Shown here: positions 1-11,375 of the stretch, piece by piece
Layout of the letters: each line of letters opens with the position of its first letter
How positions within the stretch are numbered: the first letter of the stretch is position 1
NCBI GenBank assembly: GCA_000320545.1
Contig: ADNK01003064.1
Span: forward strand, 1-64,000
Length of the DNA: 64,000 bases
Direction: 5' to 3'
From: Bigelowiella natans CCMP2755
Lineage: Eukaryota; Protista; Cercozoa
Position numbers and translations under genes: made by a program
Notes under the pieces: generated by a model
The model's database searches: none
Told to the model about the DNA's origin: nothing
What the model saw: only the letters and a program-made list of their open reading frames with translations

Positions 1-113
1 CCTAACCCTGACCCTGACCCTTACCCTTACCCTGACCCTGACCCTTACCCTGACCCTGACCCTGACCCTGACCCTGACCCTGACCCTTACCCTGACCCTG
101 ACCCTGACCCTGA
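1..113. repeat. Telomere-like hexamer array (14x CCCTGA, 4x CCCTTA, one partial CCTAA)
   Basis: Perfect 6-bp periodicity from base 1, C-rich strand on +, as expected at a left chromosome end with a TTAGGG-type telomere. The alternative reading, a Gly-Gln/Gly-Lys coding repeat on the minus strand (ORF 2..310), is not excluded. Confidence 0.65.
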
Positions 114-1330
114 CCCCTTTGTCGTTTTTTTTTGCCAGTTTTCCTCGCCAGGATCCTCGTTTCGATCTTTGTTTGGATCTGTTTTTTGTTTTGGTCCTGG
201 CAAATGAGCATTGAAACCCCTTTGAATCCAAACCCCACTGTGACCTTGTCCCTGTCCCCAACTGAAACTCCAATCAGTTTGTTAATCCATGATGTTGGGA
301 TGATCGACACAGCTAGCTAGTCTAATCACGGCAACATTGAGAGTTTGATGTGACCAATGGCGCAGTTCAAAGCATGCCACGTCAAGTCAAAGTGTTGTGT
401 TGCATTGTCCACTAGGATCAATGCATGTGGAAATTGTTTCTCAGTGCATCTAGGATTCGAGGACCGCCACACACGCATTCTCTCAATTCAGGCAACTTTG
501 GAAAGGTGGCCAATTTTGCTCATTCAAAAAACAATTGATTGTGCACGGTGCATGAAAAATTGGCCCAATCTAGCAATCGCTGGCACGTGCATGTCACACT
601 GGTGCAGGCACACCCGTGTGCCAAACGGTTTGTCACATGCACGCGCGTGTGAAGCGTTGGGCTGCACCAAACTTGCTGAGTTTTTTCGTCGTGCATTCCC
701 CCCAAAAATTGTCATGATCTGCATGCTGATCTTGGCGACTAGCCGATTGTGTTTGCTACAGCTAGCAGTGCGGCATGAAAATTTTTTCAGCCGAGCCGCG
801 AAACAAGCCAATGCGATTCAAACCAGAGGTTGTTGTCATTTTGCGAATTGCCACGGCGCGCTCAATTTGGAAAGTCAACCAGACACCCAATCTTTGTCTT
901 TGCTGTGGTTCTTGTGGATCATGCAACGCACATCCACACAAAAATGCACTGTGGTCGTCGCGGCCGTGCTGCCATGGTTGCACACCAGGTCGATCAATTG
1001 GTGCAATCTGAATCATTGCATCATTCGGACAATGCTGATTGTTGTTTCTCTGCATGGTCGGTTAACCATGAATTGATGTTGCTAATGTGACTTGTTCCTG
1101 CAGAACATCATCTTTTTCTACTTGGTTTTTTTTTCCATCTCATTTTGATGACTATGCAACAAAAATTGTGTGAGCTGACATGACTGTTGCATCACATTTT
1201 GGACAACGAAAACTGCTCTGTGACTTCTTTCTCTCTTCTTTTGCACACGTGACACACAAAGCTACATGACCGCATGGAATCATGCACACTTTAGCAATGT
1301 TCTTTTTGCATTTTCCGCAGCCTGATGACA
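114..1330. other. TpA-depleted, TG/CA-rich hypermutated island (subtelomeric)
   Basis: 361-1020 contains only 6 TA (5 CTAG, 1 CTAC) by manual count; CpG is retained. Overlapping ORFs are open in many frames because TAA/TAG are absent. Confidence 0.85.
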
Positions 1331-2689
1331 ATGTCGATTCCTCATCTCTTGAATCCACTCCCTCCTTGATAATGGCACTCATAAGGTCAACGTGTCAATT
1401 AGAATATTTGTTCACTTTCATTTTGATGACATGCTTCCTCCCCACATGTTTAACCTTTGCTCTCTCACTTCCTCGTATCTTTAATACATCAGATGTCACG
1501 GTCCTGCACACTGGACAACGAGGGTCTTTGTTCTCGTTTTTTGCATTTTTGTGCAATGTTTTGGCGCAGCTCTCACAACATACCTAGTATGAACAAAACA
1601 AAGTCTCATACACCATTGAGATTTAAAATTTCTATTTGTTGGGCTTTTATCACTCAATTTCCTTATCTTTTATTACTTCAACTCTAACATCGTACCGCGT
1701 GATGGCATGGCAGGAAAGCCGTGTTTCTATCCCTTTCGAAGCAGACAATGCATTTTGTGCTCCTCTTTGTGTTATCATTAGCACATTGCTGATGTTTTGA
1801 GTCAGTCTGAAATATCCACAATTAGCGTAAGTCATTCCTATTTCAATATTATTATATGTACAAATAAGCAGCAAGCCAGTGAAATATTATATATATATAT
1901 ATATACATATAGAGTAAAAGAGAGGAGAAGTCGATGAACTTATGATTTTATAAGAATCCTGCGGTTTTCATCTTTCTGCGTGCTTACTAAGTGTTGTGTG
2001 TAACATTACCCCTTCAAGATGCTTACTACTCCATATTTCTGGGCATTCATCGAAGTATGTTGATGATGGTGATGATGATGATGATGATGACGATGATGAT
2101 GAATCCTCTAATTCTTCTTGATTCCCATAGCTATAAGAGCTACGACTAGCTTCATCACGGTAGGAATAGTGATGGCCTATCTCATTTTCATTCCTTAGAT
2201 ATATAATTGGAGCATGAGAGGATGCGACTGAGCCTGTTCCCGTCCCATTTCTTGTGACTTTATTGTTTGTTCCCACAGCTTTTATCTTTCGTCCGTTGGC
2301 AGTGTTGTTGTCGCCGTGAATATTTATACAAACCTTTAAGTTAAATACCACACGCATCACGGAAAAGAACAGATTAGACCAAATCCTTTGATTTTCTTGC
2401 GCGTTGGGATAATATCCCTCTCAAAAAGGAATTTTATTTATGAATAATCGAAGGCTATTTCTGATATCGTGACTAAATTTCGCAATATTGAAAATTCTCC
2501 TGTTCGAAGTAAGTGAATTACTTGTGTATTGTATCATCTCTATTGTTGTCATTTATATTTGCATATTTACCCCTGAGATTGAATTGAAGCTACCATATAC
2601 ATCTATATCCACACCTAAATGTATGTGATTCCAACATTCAACCTTTATTCATCTGATTGATGCAAAAATACCATACAGTGTACATTTCG

Positions 2690-2727
<38 letters not shown>

Positions 2728-2904
2728 ATTACATATTTTATAGAATGTAAGGCAGAGTGAGTGCCTACCAGACACATAATTGTAGTCTCCTATCACAGTT
2801 TTTTGACTGCCAAATATTCGTAGATGAGAGCCAACAATTCTCTCCTTAGAACTATATCCGTTGACTTTCCTGATATACATACAATTTTTTTGCTGATTGC
2901 CCAT
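1152..2904 (-). CDS. Multi-exon protein with two tandem C3HC4 RING fingers and N-terminal short G-x-x-N-x-V-type repeats (probable E3 ligase)
   Basis: Spliced exons give MGNQQK...GDYNYVSG/VDIDVYG...GDNNTANG...; RING1 CIVCFERDRNTAFLPCHHA|VCCESCAK...RCPVCR (1410-1810); RING2 CGKCKKNIAKVCMIPCGHVALCVTCA...RCPKC (1152-1350). Middle exons are not fully resolved. Confidence 0.85.
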
Positions 2905-3264
2905 TTCTTCTCAAATGATAGGCAAAATAGCAGCAGGAAACCAAATTTCCTCTTCTCTAAAACATTATTTCGAATATATCGTTCTTAGAAATAAAAAAGT
3001 GACTGTTTGTAATAATTTTAAGCCACGTGTTGCTGCTTTACCGCGGACCACCCGAACCAACTTGCATAACCGATCTTTTGAATGAGAACCTCTTTCAATA
3101 TAGGAGCAAAGGAAACGTTTCATTTTATACACAAATTTAGCATGTGAGATGAGATAAGGAAGTTAGAAGCATATTCGATTCTTACAATGCAGTACAGGGC
3201 GTGGTGTGTGGCGTGATCGGAGTATGTTGCAAGAATGTAAGAAATAATTATAAGTATGCGATAC

Positions 3265-3528
3265 TCAGTCTTGAGGAATTCGCCCGGATTTGACGTGGAA
3301 CAAACCGAGATAGCATGTCGCACATGTAGATTAAGGAGCGGTTGACAAATTTCAAATAACTCGGAACTTCTCGATAGCCGTTGAATTTCAAACCAGTGAT
3401 ACTCAGCACTATGATGATACGTCGGCACGAAGAAATGTGAAGAACGCAAGGCTTTTTATCTGTATCATATCAGGATCAGTTGTCGTCAGAGTGCCAAAAA
3501 AATCTCCAATCTGAATGTCCTCTCTAAC
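3265..3528 (-). CDS. Cadherin-repeat-like coding fragment (gene structure unresolved, possibly pseudogene)
   Basis: After a ttttcag acceptor: VREDIQIGDFFGTLTTTDPD, matching the cadherin V-x-E...G...DPD motif. A putative 37-nt GT-AG intron joins it in frame to AEYHWFEIQRLSRSSELFEI. No LDYE or DxND motif found. Confidence 0.45.
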
Positions 3529-4100
3529 CTGAAAAAGTGAGTGTCTGCTTAGCGAAAGGTAGATTATTTTCGCTCTGCGACACGAATTTAGCAACTTCTA
3601 TCAGAATCCAGAAGGTGAGATGGTGGTGGGAACTAGGTGAAGAACCACAGCTGCATGCTCGTGCAAAGCTTGTTGTACTCGAATGGCTTCAAGGGGGATC
3701 TGTGGACGTTTTGTAATTATACTTATCAGCTCTGTGCATCTTACTCGTTCACGACACATAAAAGGTGTATCACAATTCTCTTTCACAAGTGGCCTTTTGA
3801 CCGAATTGGGTTGTTTAGGTCATTTCCGCATTTTGAGTCTGGGAAAACTGCGAGGAGGAACGTTACAAACTGAAGGTTTTCGATTTTCCATTTTAGAATA
3901 GAATCATGATAGCTGAAGTCATTCACTCTTTTGAATGTTTGTTACTTTATTGTATTTGAAAGAGCTGAACTTCGATGGCAAGTCTCTCCCACGGTGTCCT
4001 TTTCATGGAAATTGCGACCAGATTCATGTGTGAAGAAATATTATAAAAGCCATATTTTATTCGGGAGTCGCCAATTTGAGCTCTTATTTCAACATCGGAT

Positions 4101-5397
4101 ATGTCAACAGGATCCAAACCATTGTCGCGAATGGAGGCATCCTTGCGTTTTCTCGTTAAGGTGCTACAAATATCACATATATTTCACAGCACGATATTTA
4201 GTTGGAAACTAAGTTTTAGCAGCAATTTCTATGCCGTTGTTTCTGCTGATTATGCATGTATCAACATATAGATCGTTCGAAGCATGTCCCCAATCCAATG
4301 ATCCTGAGCATCGACGACTCTATGACCACATAGACACCCGCGTGAGTTTGTGAATGTGCATGAGAGGGGGCGTGCATATTAGCAGTGGACTAGAAGTATA
4401 TAATATAACTCCAGTATTTGTTCAAGAATATTGATAAGTGTATTGATCGGTATTCCAGAACTAATTCTTCTCTTCCAATGAATGTGCTGCTATAGGATGA
4501 GCTAGATTTGTTGGTTCTGAGCCATCAGGATACCGTAATAGTCCACGATACGATAATAACATTAATGAGTTGTAATTTAACTATTTATGAAACGTGAATA
4601 AGACATTGCTCAATTACACCAGCTCATGATGACCATCGCTCACATTATCTTCATCATCACCACCATCTCCATTACAAGCATCATTAATTGCTTATTAGAC
4701 TATTCAATACTAGGTCTCAGATACTTTCAGGCTAAAACTTAACTTTAAAAGTAATTATTTTATCCTCTTTTTCCATTTGGTAGAGCATCCCAAGATCACG
4801 GATCGGTATAATTTTGGTGCTCATAATAATCTCGTAGAAGACGTTTCTAAGGATAAGTCTGAGGAAGCAACTGACATTTTAATCGAAGCGATGGTAAGAA
4901 TTAAGATTCGAGTAAAGTAGACCCTTCTTACTGAGCGTAAAACTTGATTATGTTACTCAAGGATGCCATGGATGCTGGAAACAAAAGAGATGCTCTAAAA
5001 CTTGTCACAAGGGTGACTTATAAAACATCGCATTTTGTTATTACATTAGCGATAAACGGAGAGAATCTTTCACATGCCTTACGATGCTAACACCGACTGT
5101 ACTACATGGCAAGATTTTCTTTTTTTATCCTATCCCTTGTGACACAATCAATTGTATATTGGTTGTTAAAAAAATGAATTTAAATTATCTAGGCGATCAC
5201 GATCAAACCAACAATTTCCAGCGTATTAAAAAGGTAAAACATGTTTTGCCTTACTTAGTCAATGACCACGATCATCGTCAATCATCAGTCTCGCTAATTG
5301 ATGTGTGATGCTTTCTCTATTCACCCCCTGAATCATCCTAATTAATATATTTACATGTAAATAGATATATGTGTATACTGGATATATGTATCCGTGC

Positions 5398-5429
<32 letters not shown>

Positions 5430-5871
5430 CCTACGTATATCTAGTGGTAATAATATGGTCCTAAAACACTAACGTCAATTGTTCAGAGCAGAGATTTTAT
5501 TGGAAATGGAGATGCCAAATCATGCATTGGTCTTAACCTAATCCATCTAAGCTATGTGAATAAATGAATGAATGATTTGGTCGAAGAAGATACTTTCTTC
5601 TACCAATACTGAAAACCAGTAAGATAAGTGGCTGAGCACTGCTTTAAATGCTTGTGAGTACTCGTTCAATTATGACCCGTCTTGTCTGACCGTATTTAGA
5701 TAGATTGTGGGAGGGTGTTACGTGAAAACCCTCGATATCCAAGACCATATAAGATTGCAGCTAGGTAACATTTCTCACCCCTTCTCTGTCCCCCCTTTCG
5801 AAACTATCTCGCCTTGGCTACCGCAGCAAACAACTGTAAATAGATTCCTATCAGCATTCGTGCAGTATAAT

Positions 5872-5903
<32 letters not shown>

Positions 5904-5923
5904 TTATATCTTTATATATGTAT

Positions 5924-5976
<53 letters not shown>

Positions 5977-6270
5977 ATCGCACGTATGAAAATATACACA
6001 TACACATACATATGCAGATATAAATATGTAAACATATATACACCTGCGGATGTATGTATGTTTTAGGGCATTTTGTATGCTCGGAAAATGGCAAGAAGCT
6101 TTGCAAAAAGTCTCCAGAGCAAATGAGCTTTTCGCGTAAGCAGCAATTGTGTTCTATTATGTACGAATTATAATCATTAGCACAAAACAACAAACCCCAT
6201 CCATAGGGACGAATCAAGTATTAAGCTTCATAACGACTTGCTGAAGAAGCTGAGAAAGGGTGGCACCTAA
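4101..6270 (+). CDS. HIP/ST13-like Hsp70-interacting TPR protein (short form)
   Basis: Exons: MSTGSKPLSRMEASLRFLVK; SEEATDILIEAM|DAMDAGNKRDALKLVTR|AITIKPTISSVLKR|AEILLEMEMPNHAL...ENPRYPRPYKIAAR|AFCMLGKWQEALQKVSRANEL. These parallel the ST13 TPR region (AIxLNP...KRA...KPNAA...PYK.RGKA...LG.WEEA). Confidence 0.75.
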
Positions 6271-6479
6271 ACGACACTAAGATTGATTCATAAGAAACGA
6301 AAAATTAAGAGTAGGTTGTAGCACTACAATGCTTGCGGTATGCCTTATTTTCTTCATCTGCTTAGGTGACAATGGTTCCTACACCGCACAGAGGAAGGGC
6401 AACTCTCCTAATGTGCATCAACTTGATTCTGCGACGAAGAAGTTAGTCTGAAATTCATCACATGACATCGGATGAGACG

Positions 6480-7980
6480 TGTGCATGAGTGTGAAAACAG
6501 GTACACCTCTATGTCAATTGTGCATGACTAGATGACCTGAAATGAGCAAATGCGGGCGACAGCAGTGTGCATGATGTTCACATCACCGCTGCGTTGTGTG
6601 GTCGCATTGCAGCAGCCGTGTGGCGTGGTGATCATTGTCGCGGTTGCACAGCGCAGCAGCTCCATAGCCCTTTTAGGCTACATTGACTCGGTACGCTCCA
6701 CAGCCCTTTTGGGCTACATGCAGCAGGTAGAGCATGCCCCAGTTTTTTCCCTACAACTGCAATGCAATCAGCACATGCATGGATACTCACAAGTCATGGG
6801 GACTCATGAGTCCATGTGCATGAGCAGTGGAAATGCCGCAAAATTCGCATTGCAAAACAAAAACATCACCCACTGCTGAACCAAATTGCTAGAATGACAT
6901 GACAAAAATCATGGGCACAGCAGATGTGAAGCAGCATGGACAGCAGCCACATTGGGATGTTGGGATGACCATTGAAAAGATTTGATCACTTCACTGCATC
7001 CGTCTCACGTGTCTTTCATCAAAGTGATCTGTAGCTGTGTTGAAATGACACATCAGCAAAAAAGTGTCATCGCCAGAGCATTGTGCCATTCTGGCGCTGC
7101 CTGCATCGCGCCATTGCCCACGTCACACACACTTTCGCCGCTGTCAGCTAGCCGCGAACTTGCTTTTCCTTTTCTGTGCGTCCTCAATCATTTCTGTCAC
7201 GTTGATGCCAACAACTCAGAACTCTGCTAGCTCGCGAGAGCCTCATCTTCAAAGTCACTTGCAAACGAAAGGCTGAAGGTTTCTGCCATCGACTGGGGGA
7301 CAAGAAAAAACACTCGAGCTTTCTCCGCTTCTGATGCACCGAATGAAATCAGTTCATCAACGCATCCACGGACTTCGTGCTGCCAATCGCGACTTGGTGC
7401 AGTGTCCGACAGTTTGTTGCTGCATCGATGGCGGCCGGGTGGTTTTTGGGACACACTGTGTGTTCCAACTTTTGATCCTCAGCTCTGGAGCTGTCTTTTT
7501 GATGTGTTCTCGGCGTTTGTCCATCTGGCCTTTCACGCCGCCCGAGAAAATTTTCAAAGTTGAATGAGCAGGAAACTCGTGAACCTTGTCTTTCCAATCA
7601 CCACTCTCGTTCTTTTTTTCAGCGTCAGCCCGCTGCTCAGGGAGACGTCTGGCGAAAAGTTTGCAACCCTTGCAAGTTTCAGCAAAGAACCATTTCTCGC
7701 CATTCAATCCGGTGATGTTTTCAGAATGCTTCTCTGCATGCGCTTGGAAGACCTTGCTCTCAATCGTGACCTTTCACGTGGTTTTTGTTCGTTTCTCATG
7801 AACGTGGATGGAAAGTGACTTGCACGCAGTCCCTTGACTTCCACTGGGGTTTGGTGTTCTTGACTTGCACATTTACTTGCACAGTTGCAGTGGAATGTCT
7901 CGAATGGTTTTCTTTTGGCTTGTTTATCTAAAGTTTTAACACAATTGAGGATGTTGTCGCACCATGAGTCGGCGTGGGGT
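6480..7980. other. TpA-depleted hypermutated island
   Basis: 6841-7860 (1020 bp) has 4 TA (3 CTAG, 1 GTAG); 7261-7860 has none; CpG is frequent. Confidence 0.9.
7357..7830 (-). pseudogene. Relic ORF of unknown origin (possibly TE/viral) with apparent Tyr->His/Cys recoding
   Basis: KSLSIHVHEKRTKTT*KVTIESKVFQAHAEKHSENITGLNGEKWFFAETCKGCKLFARRLPEQ...DWKDKVHEFPAH: charged, protein-like composition, zero Tyr, with His/Cys at aromatic-like positions. Family not recognised. Confidence 0.5.
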
Positions 7981-8387
7981 TTTCAAGAGTGAGACTCATT
8001 ACTACTAACCAACATCCATGTAAGAAGTACCCGTAGTGAAAAGATGATCAGTCGAAGTACGCTTTGGCGAGTACTCTACTCAAACAGAAACCAGAAAGAA
8101 GAATGAATCCCAGCCCACCGCCCTGCTTATAACACCGATATTAAATCTTCCATTCTCGCTTCTGATTAGATAGAATAGATCAGGGGAAAATAGTATTGAG
8201 CTTAAACTGGGTATAATGATGATATCAACGGTGGCTTGGGGAGGAATCCGATCGAATGCACTTTGAACGGAGAGAGGAGGAAGATGAGTAGAAGATGGGG
8301 CTACCTGAATATCTTATTGCGTCATTTTATCATTCACGATCTTTTCCTTTCATTGGCGTTTACGTGACGCGAAAGATAAAAAATTAG

Positions 8388-10933
8388 GTGATGATCTGGG
8401 AGAAAATGAGGATTTCACTGAACCGCCTCCGTCAGACCATCATGTAAAACATTTGTTCGCCCTCTCAGATTCAGAACTTCGTCATCAAGTAAATACCGAA
8501 TAGATAAAAAGGGAAACATGTTGCATTTTTGGTATGAATTCAAATATTTGAGAGGTTGTACTTTTGTTATGAAACTTTTGATATGAATTCAAATATCTAA
8601 GGGACATTCATATTACTTTAGGGCCTTTTTGCGATCGAGGGTAACCTATAGTCTCCATTCATCTCACTCAAACAATTGTGCATAGCTTCTTTTGATTGCC
8701 GCCATTTCAGTTGCCTGTGACGAACTATCAATTATATTTTATTGCTTCGAATGCTATGATTTTTTAAACTTCATTTGTGTTCTATGCATGAAGTAACATA
8801 TTTATGATATCGATGCAACAAAGGCTTGAAGTTGATTCGAGAAGTTATTTCCGCTGCAAAAACTTGTCCATTGGCCGTTATTACAAAGTAGTAATTTTAG
8901 CATCAAATTCATCAATTAATGCAAATTTTAAAACCGAATTTTCAGAATTGAGAATACCAAAGGACTACACTTCTACTTCAACAAACATTTTTACGATCAC
9001 GATCAATACCTGGGACACATTTTCTTCACTTTTAACATCAGTTTCGCGACATTTCAAGATGTGACAAAGGAACTACTCCAAGTGAGGAAAAATCATAGTA
9101 TTCTCCAGGATGACGGTACGTCATTATTCAAGATAGTTCATCACCCTCTTCATGAAGGTGATGATTGCGGTAAGAAGGAAGTGGACCATGGCACACTTTG
9201 CTATGGAAGCAATGGTGGTGAAGTATCAAAACGAGTTGAAACAGTTCCAGTGGTTGTGGGTGATTCAAATAGGATTTGTCAATTAACACGATATCGTGGC
9301 TGGAAGGTATGTGAACCACTAAGAATGATTGGCAATGAATAATAACAAGGTTAAAGCCAACACGAACTAAGACACAGAAAGATGATAATAAATGTCCATT
9401 ATAAATGATATTCTTAATGAAAGAAAGTATACGGAACGTCGAAGTGGGATTTGCACAGCAAGTCTGCTTTGAATGTTGAAAAAATAAATTTTCATATCGT
9501 ATATGTGCATCAAAGAAGAATGCATATTTGCAGTAATTTTCTAGTCATTTTTGTATGTCTTCCAAGTTTATGTTATTGAGTATATGTATATTTGCGCATC
9601 ATTGAGTAGCAAGTATAAAGGGAAAACGTGTACATTGTCAGATTGGGTGTATGGCTATATTCTCGAGAAGATCCGTTTATCGTATGGTGACAGCGAATCA
9701 TTATTCATTAGAGTCTCCTCGCCCAATGGCAGCATCTTTATGGTCTTCGTCGCATTGTAACCCTTATTACGATACTGTTAATTCTACTGCTGTAATCAAA
9801 CGTTGGATTGATGCTCTCCTTTCTTCTGATGGCGACAATGAAGTAGATGAATTCAAGCAACAATCAAGAAGAAGGTGGCTGCATCTCGTCCTGAATCTGT
9901 TTACCGAAGTTAAGCTAAATTCAATTTCAGTAGTGAAAGAACACCAAAGGATACAATCATTCTGATTTTAGACCACATCACAAAGGCGGAGGTGAGCATA
10001 CAATCCAACATACATTGATTTTTTGCAATATCCAGGATGTGAACCGTCAACATTAGGTGAGGTGATGTCATGGCTATACATATTGTTTCATCAATCATTC
10101 TTACCATCCATGTACTGAGGGTTGAAAATAGAGTGACGAGAACAGTTGGTTCTTTGTTCGAATTACATAATGAGATACTACCTGTATTTTTTTTATCTTC
10201 TCTTACTCTAGAATATAGGATCTATATTCAAACTGGCAAACAAATTTGGTGTGGCCGGTGTGATCTTGGCTACGGTAGTAGAAAAAAAAAAGAATTATAT
10301 ATTTTCAATACCAACCGAAATATTAGTATAACCAACCTGTTTGACGGTCATGAATTCGTCTATCAAGCACTTATTATTATGTTTGTCGTCGTCGTCGATG
10401 ATATCAATCAACAATAGGGATGCTGTGATCCACTGTATAGGCGCGTAGTATATGAATCAAGAAAACAAACATGGTATTTATAACAGTAGCAGATACTAGT
10501 GGGAAACGATGACAAATGAATTCAGAGGAGAGCGAAATATATTGTTGCCTAAAAACGACAAATTTATAATGGTCTCGATTTGTCTTCCACATAGTATCCC
10601 TATATCGATGCTGAATCCTCTTTCTTAGTACTAATTTTCAATATCGCATTGGATACCCTTTTTATATTCCAGTGATATTTTTAACCCTCCACTCTCAGGT
10701 ACCTTCCTCATCTTGTTCTTTCAAATGAAAGAGACTACGACACCGTGATGTCAGAATTAAAAGTAAAGGGCATCGGCATCACTGCTCTATCGTTATCTGA
10801 TCCATCGAATGGCACTGTCATGACTCCAAACCAGATCCTTTGTGACTATGAGAAGGGAAGGAAGGAAAGAAGGAGAGGTACTAATATCTTCGATCACTTC
10901 AATAGCCATCTTACTCCAAACATACTATAAATA

Positions 10934-10975
<42 letters not shown>

Positions 10976-11358
10976 TATCTTTACACACACACACACACAT
11001 TAATTACAGAAGAGAGGGGAAAGATGTATCAGCAGCACATTGGCAGAGAAAACAGTAAAAGTAATATTGTTGATGGTATCGCACTGGTACTCGGAAATGA
11101 ACATCGAGGTCTTCCAAGGCGTATCATTGACAGAGTTGACAAGGTTATTGCAAATATGAGCGCTATTCTAAAATGTACTGGCGAGAAAAATTGCGATTCT
11201 ACCTAAACTAATGCGTTTGAAAAATATGTATCTTACAGACGGTGAAAATACCAATCAGCGATGCAATTGATAGTTTGAACGTCGCCATGTCGCTATCAGT
11301 GATGCTCTACAAACTGCATCAATTAGTTAGCAGGTTGGTGCATGAAAATCTGCAATGA
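8388..11358 (+). CDS. SpoU/TrmH-family (SPOUT) RNA 2'-O-methyltransferase, multi-exon; N-terminus unresolved
   Basis: Exons GCEPSTLG|SIFKLANKFGVAGVILAT|GCCDPLYRR (motif 1), IALVLGNEHRGLP (GxExxGL motif 2) and VKIPISDAIDSLNVAMSLSVMLY (SLNV motif 3). Confidence 0.9.
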
Positions 11359-11375
11359 ACCTAGAAACTAGAAAT

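Noticed and set aside
357-1076. 239-aa Cys/His-rich ORF and the many overlapping ORFs in all islands (e.g. 6550-7818, 11807-12178, 14658-15067, 24042-24846)
   Set aside because: Loss of TpA removes TAA/TAG stops and inflates C/H/M/A codons, so multiple frames on both strands are open; no domain motifs are recognisable.
6480-7980. CpG-methylation decay or classical RIP as the cause of TG/CA richness
   Set aside because: CpG is abundant in the islands and TpA is depleted. 5mC deamination would deplete CpG and RIP would increase TpA.
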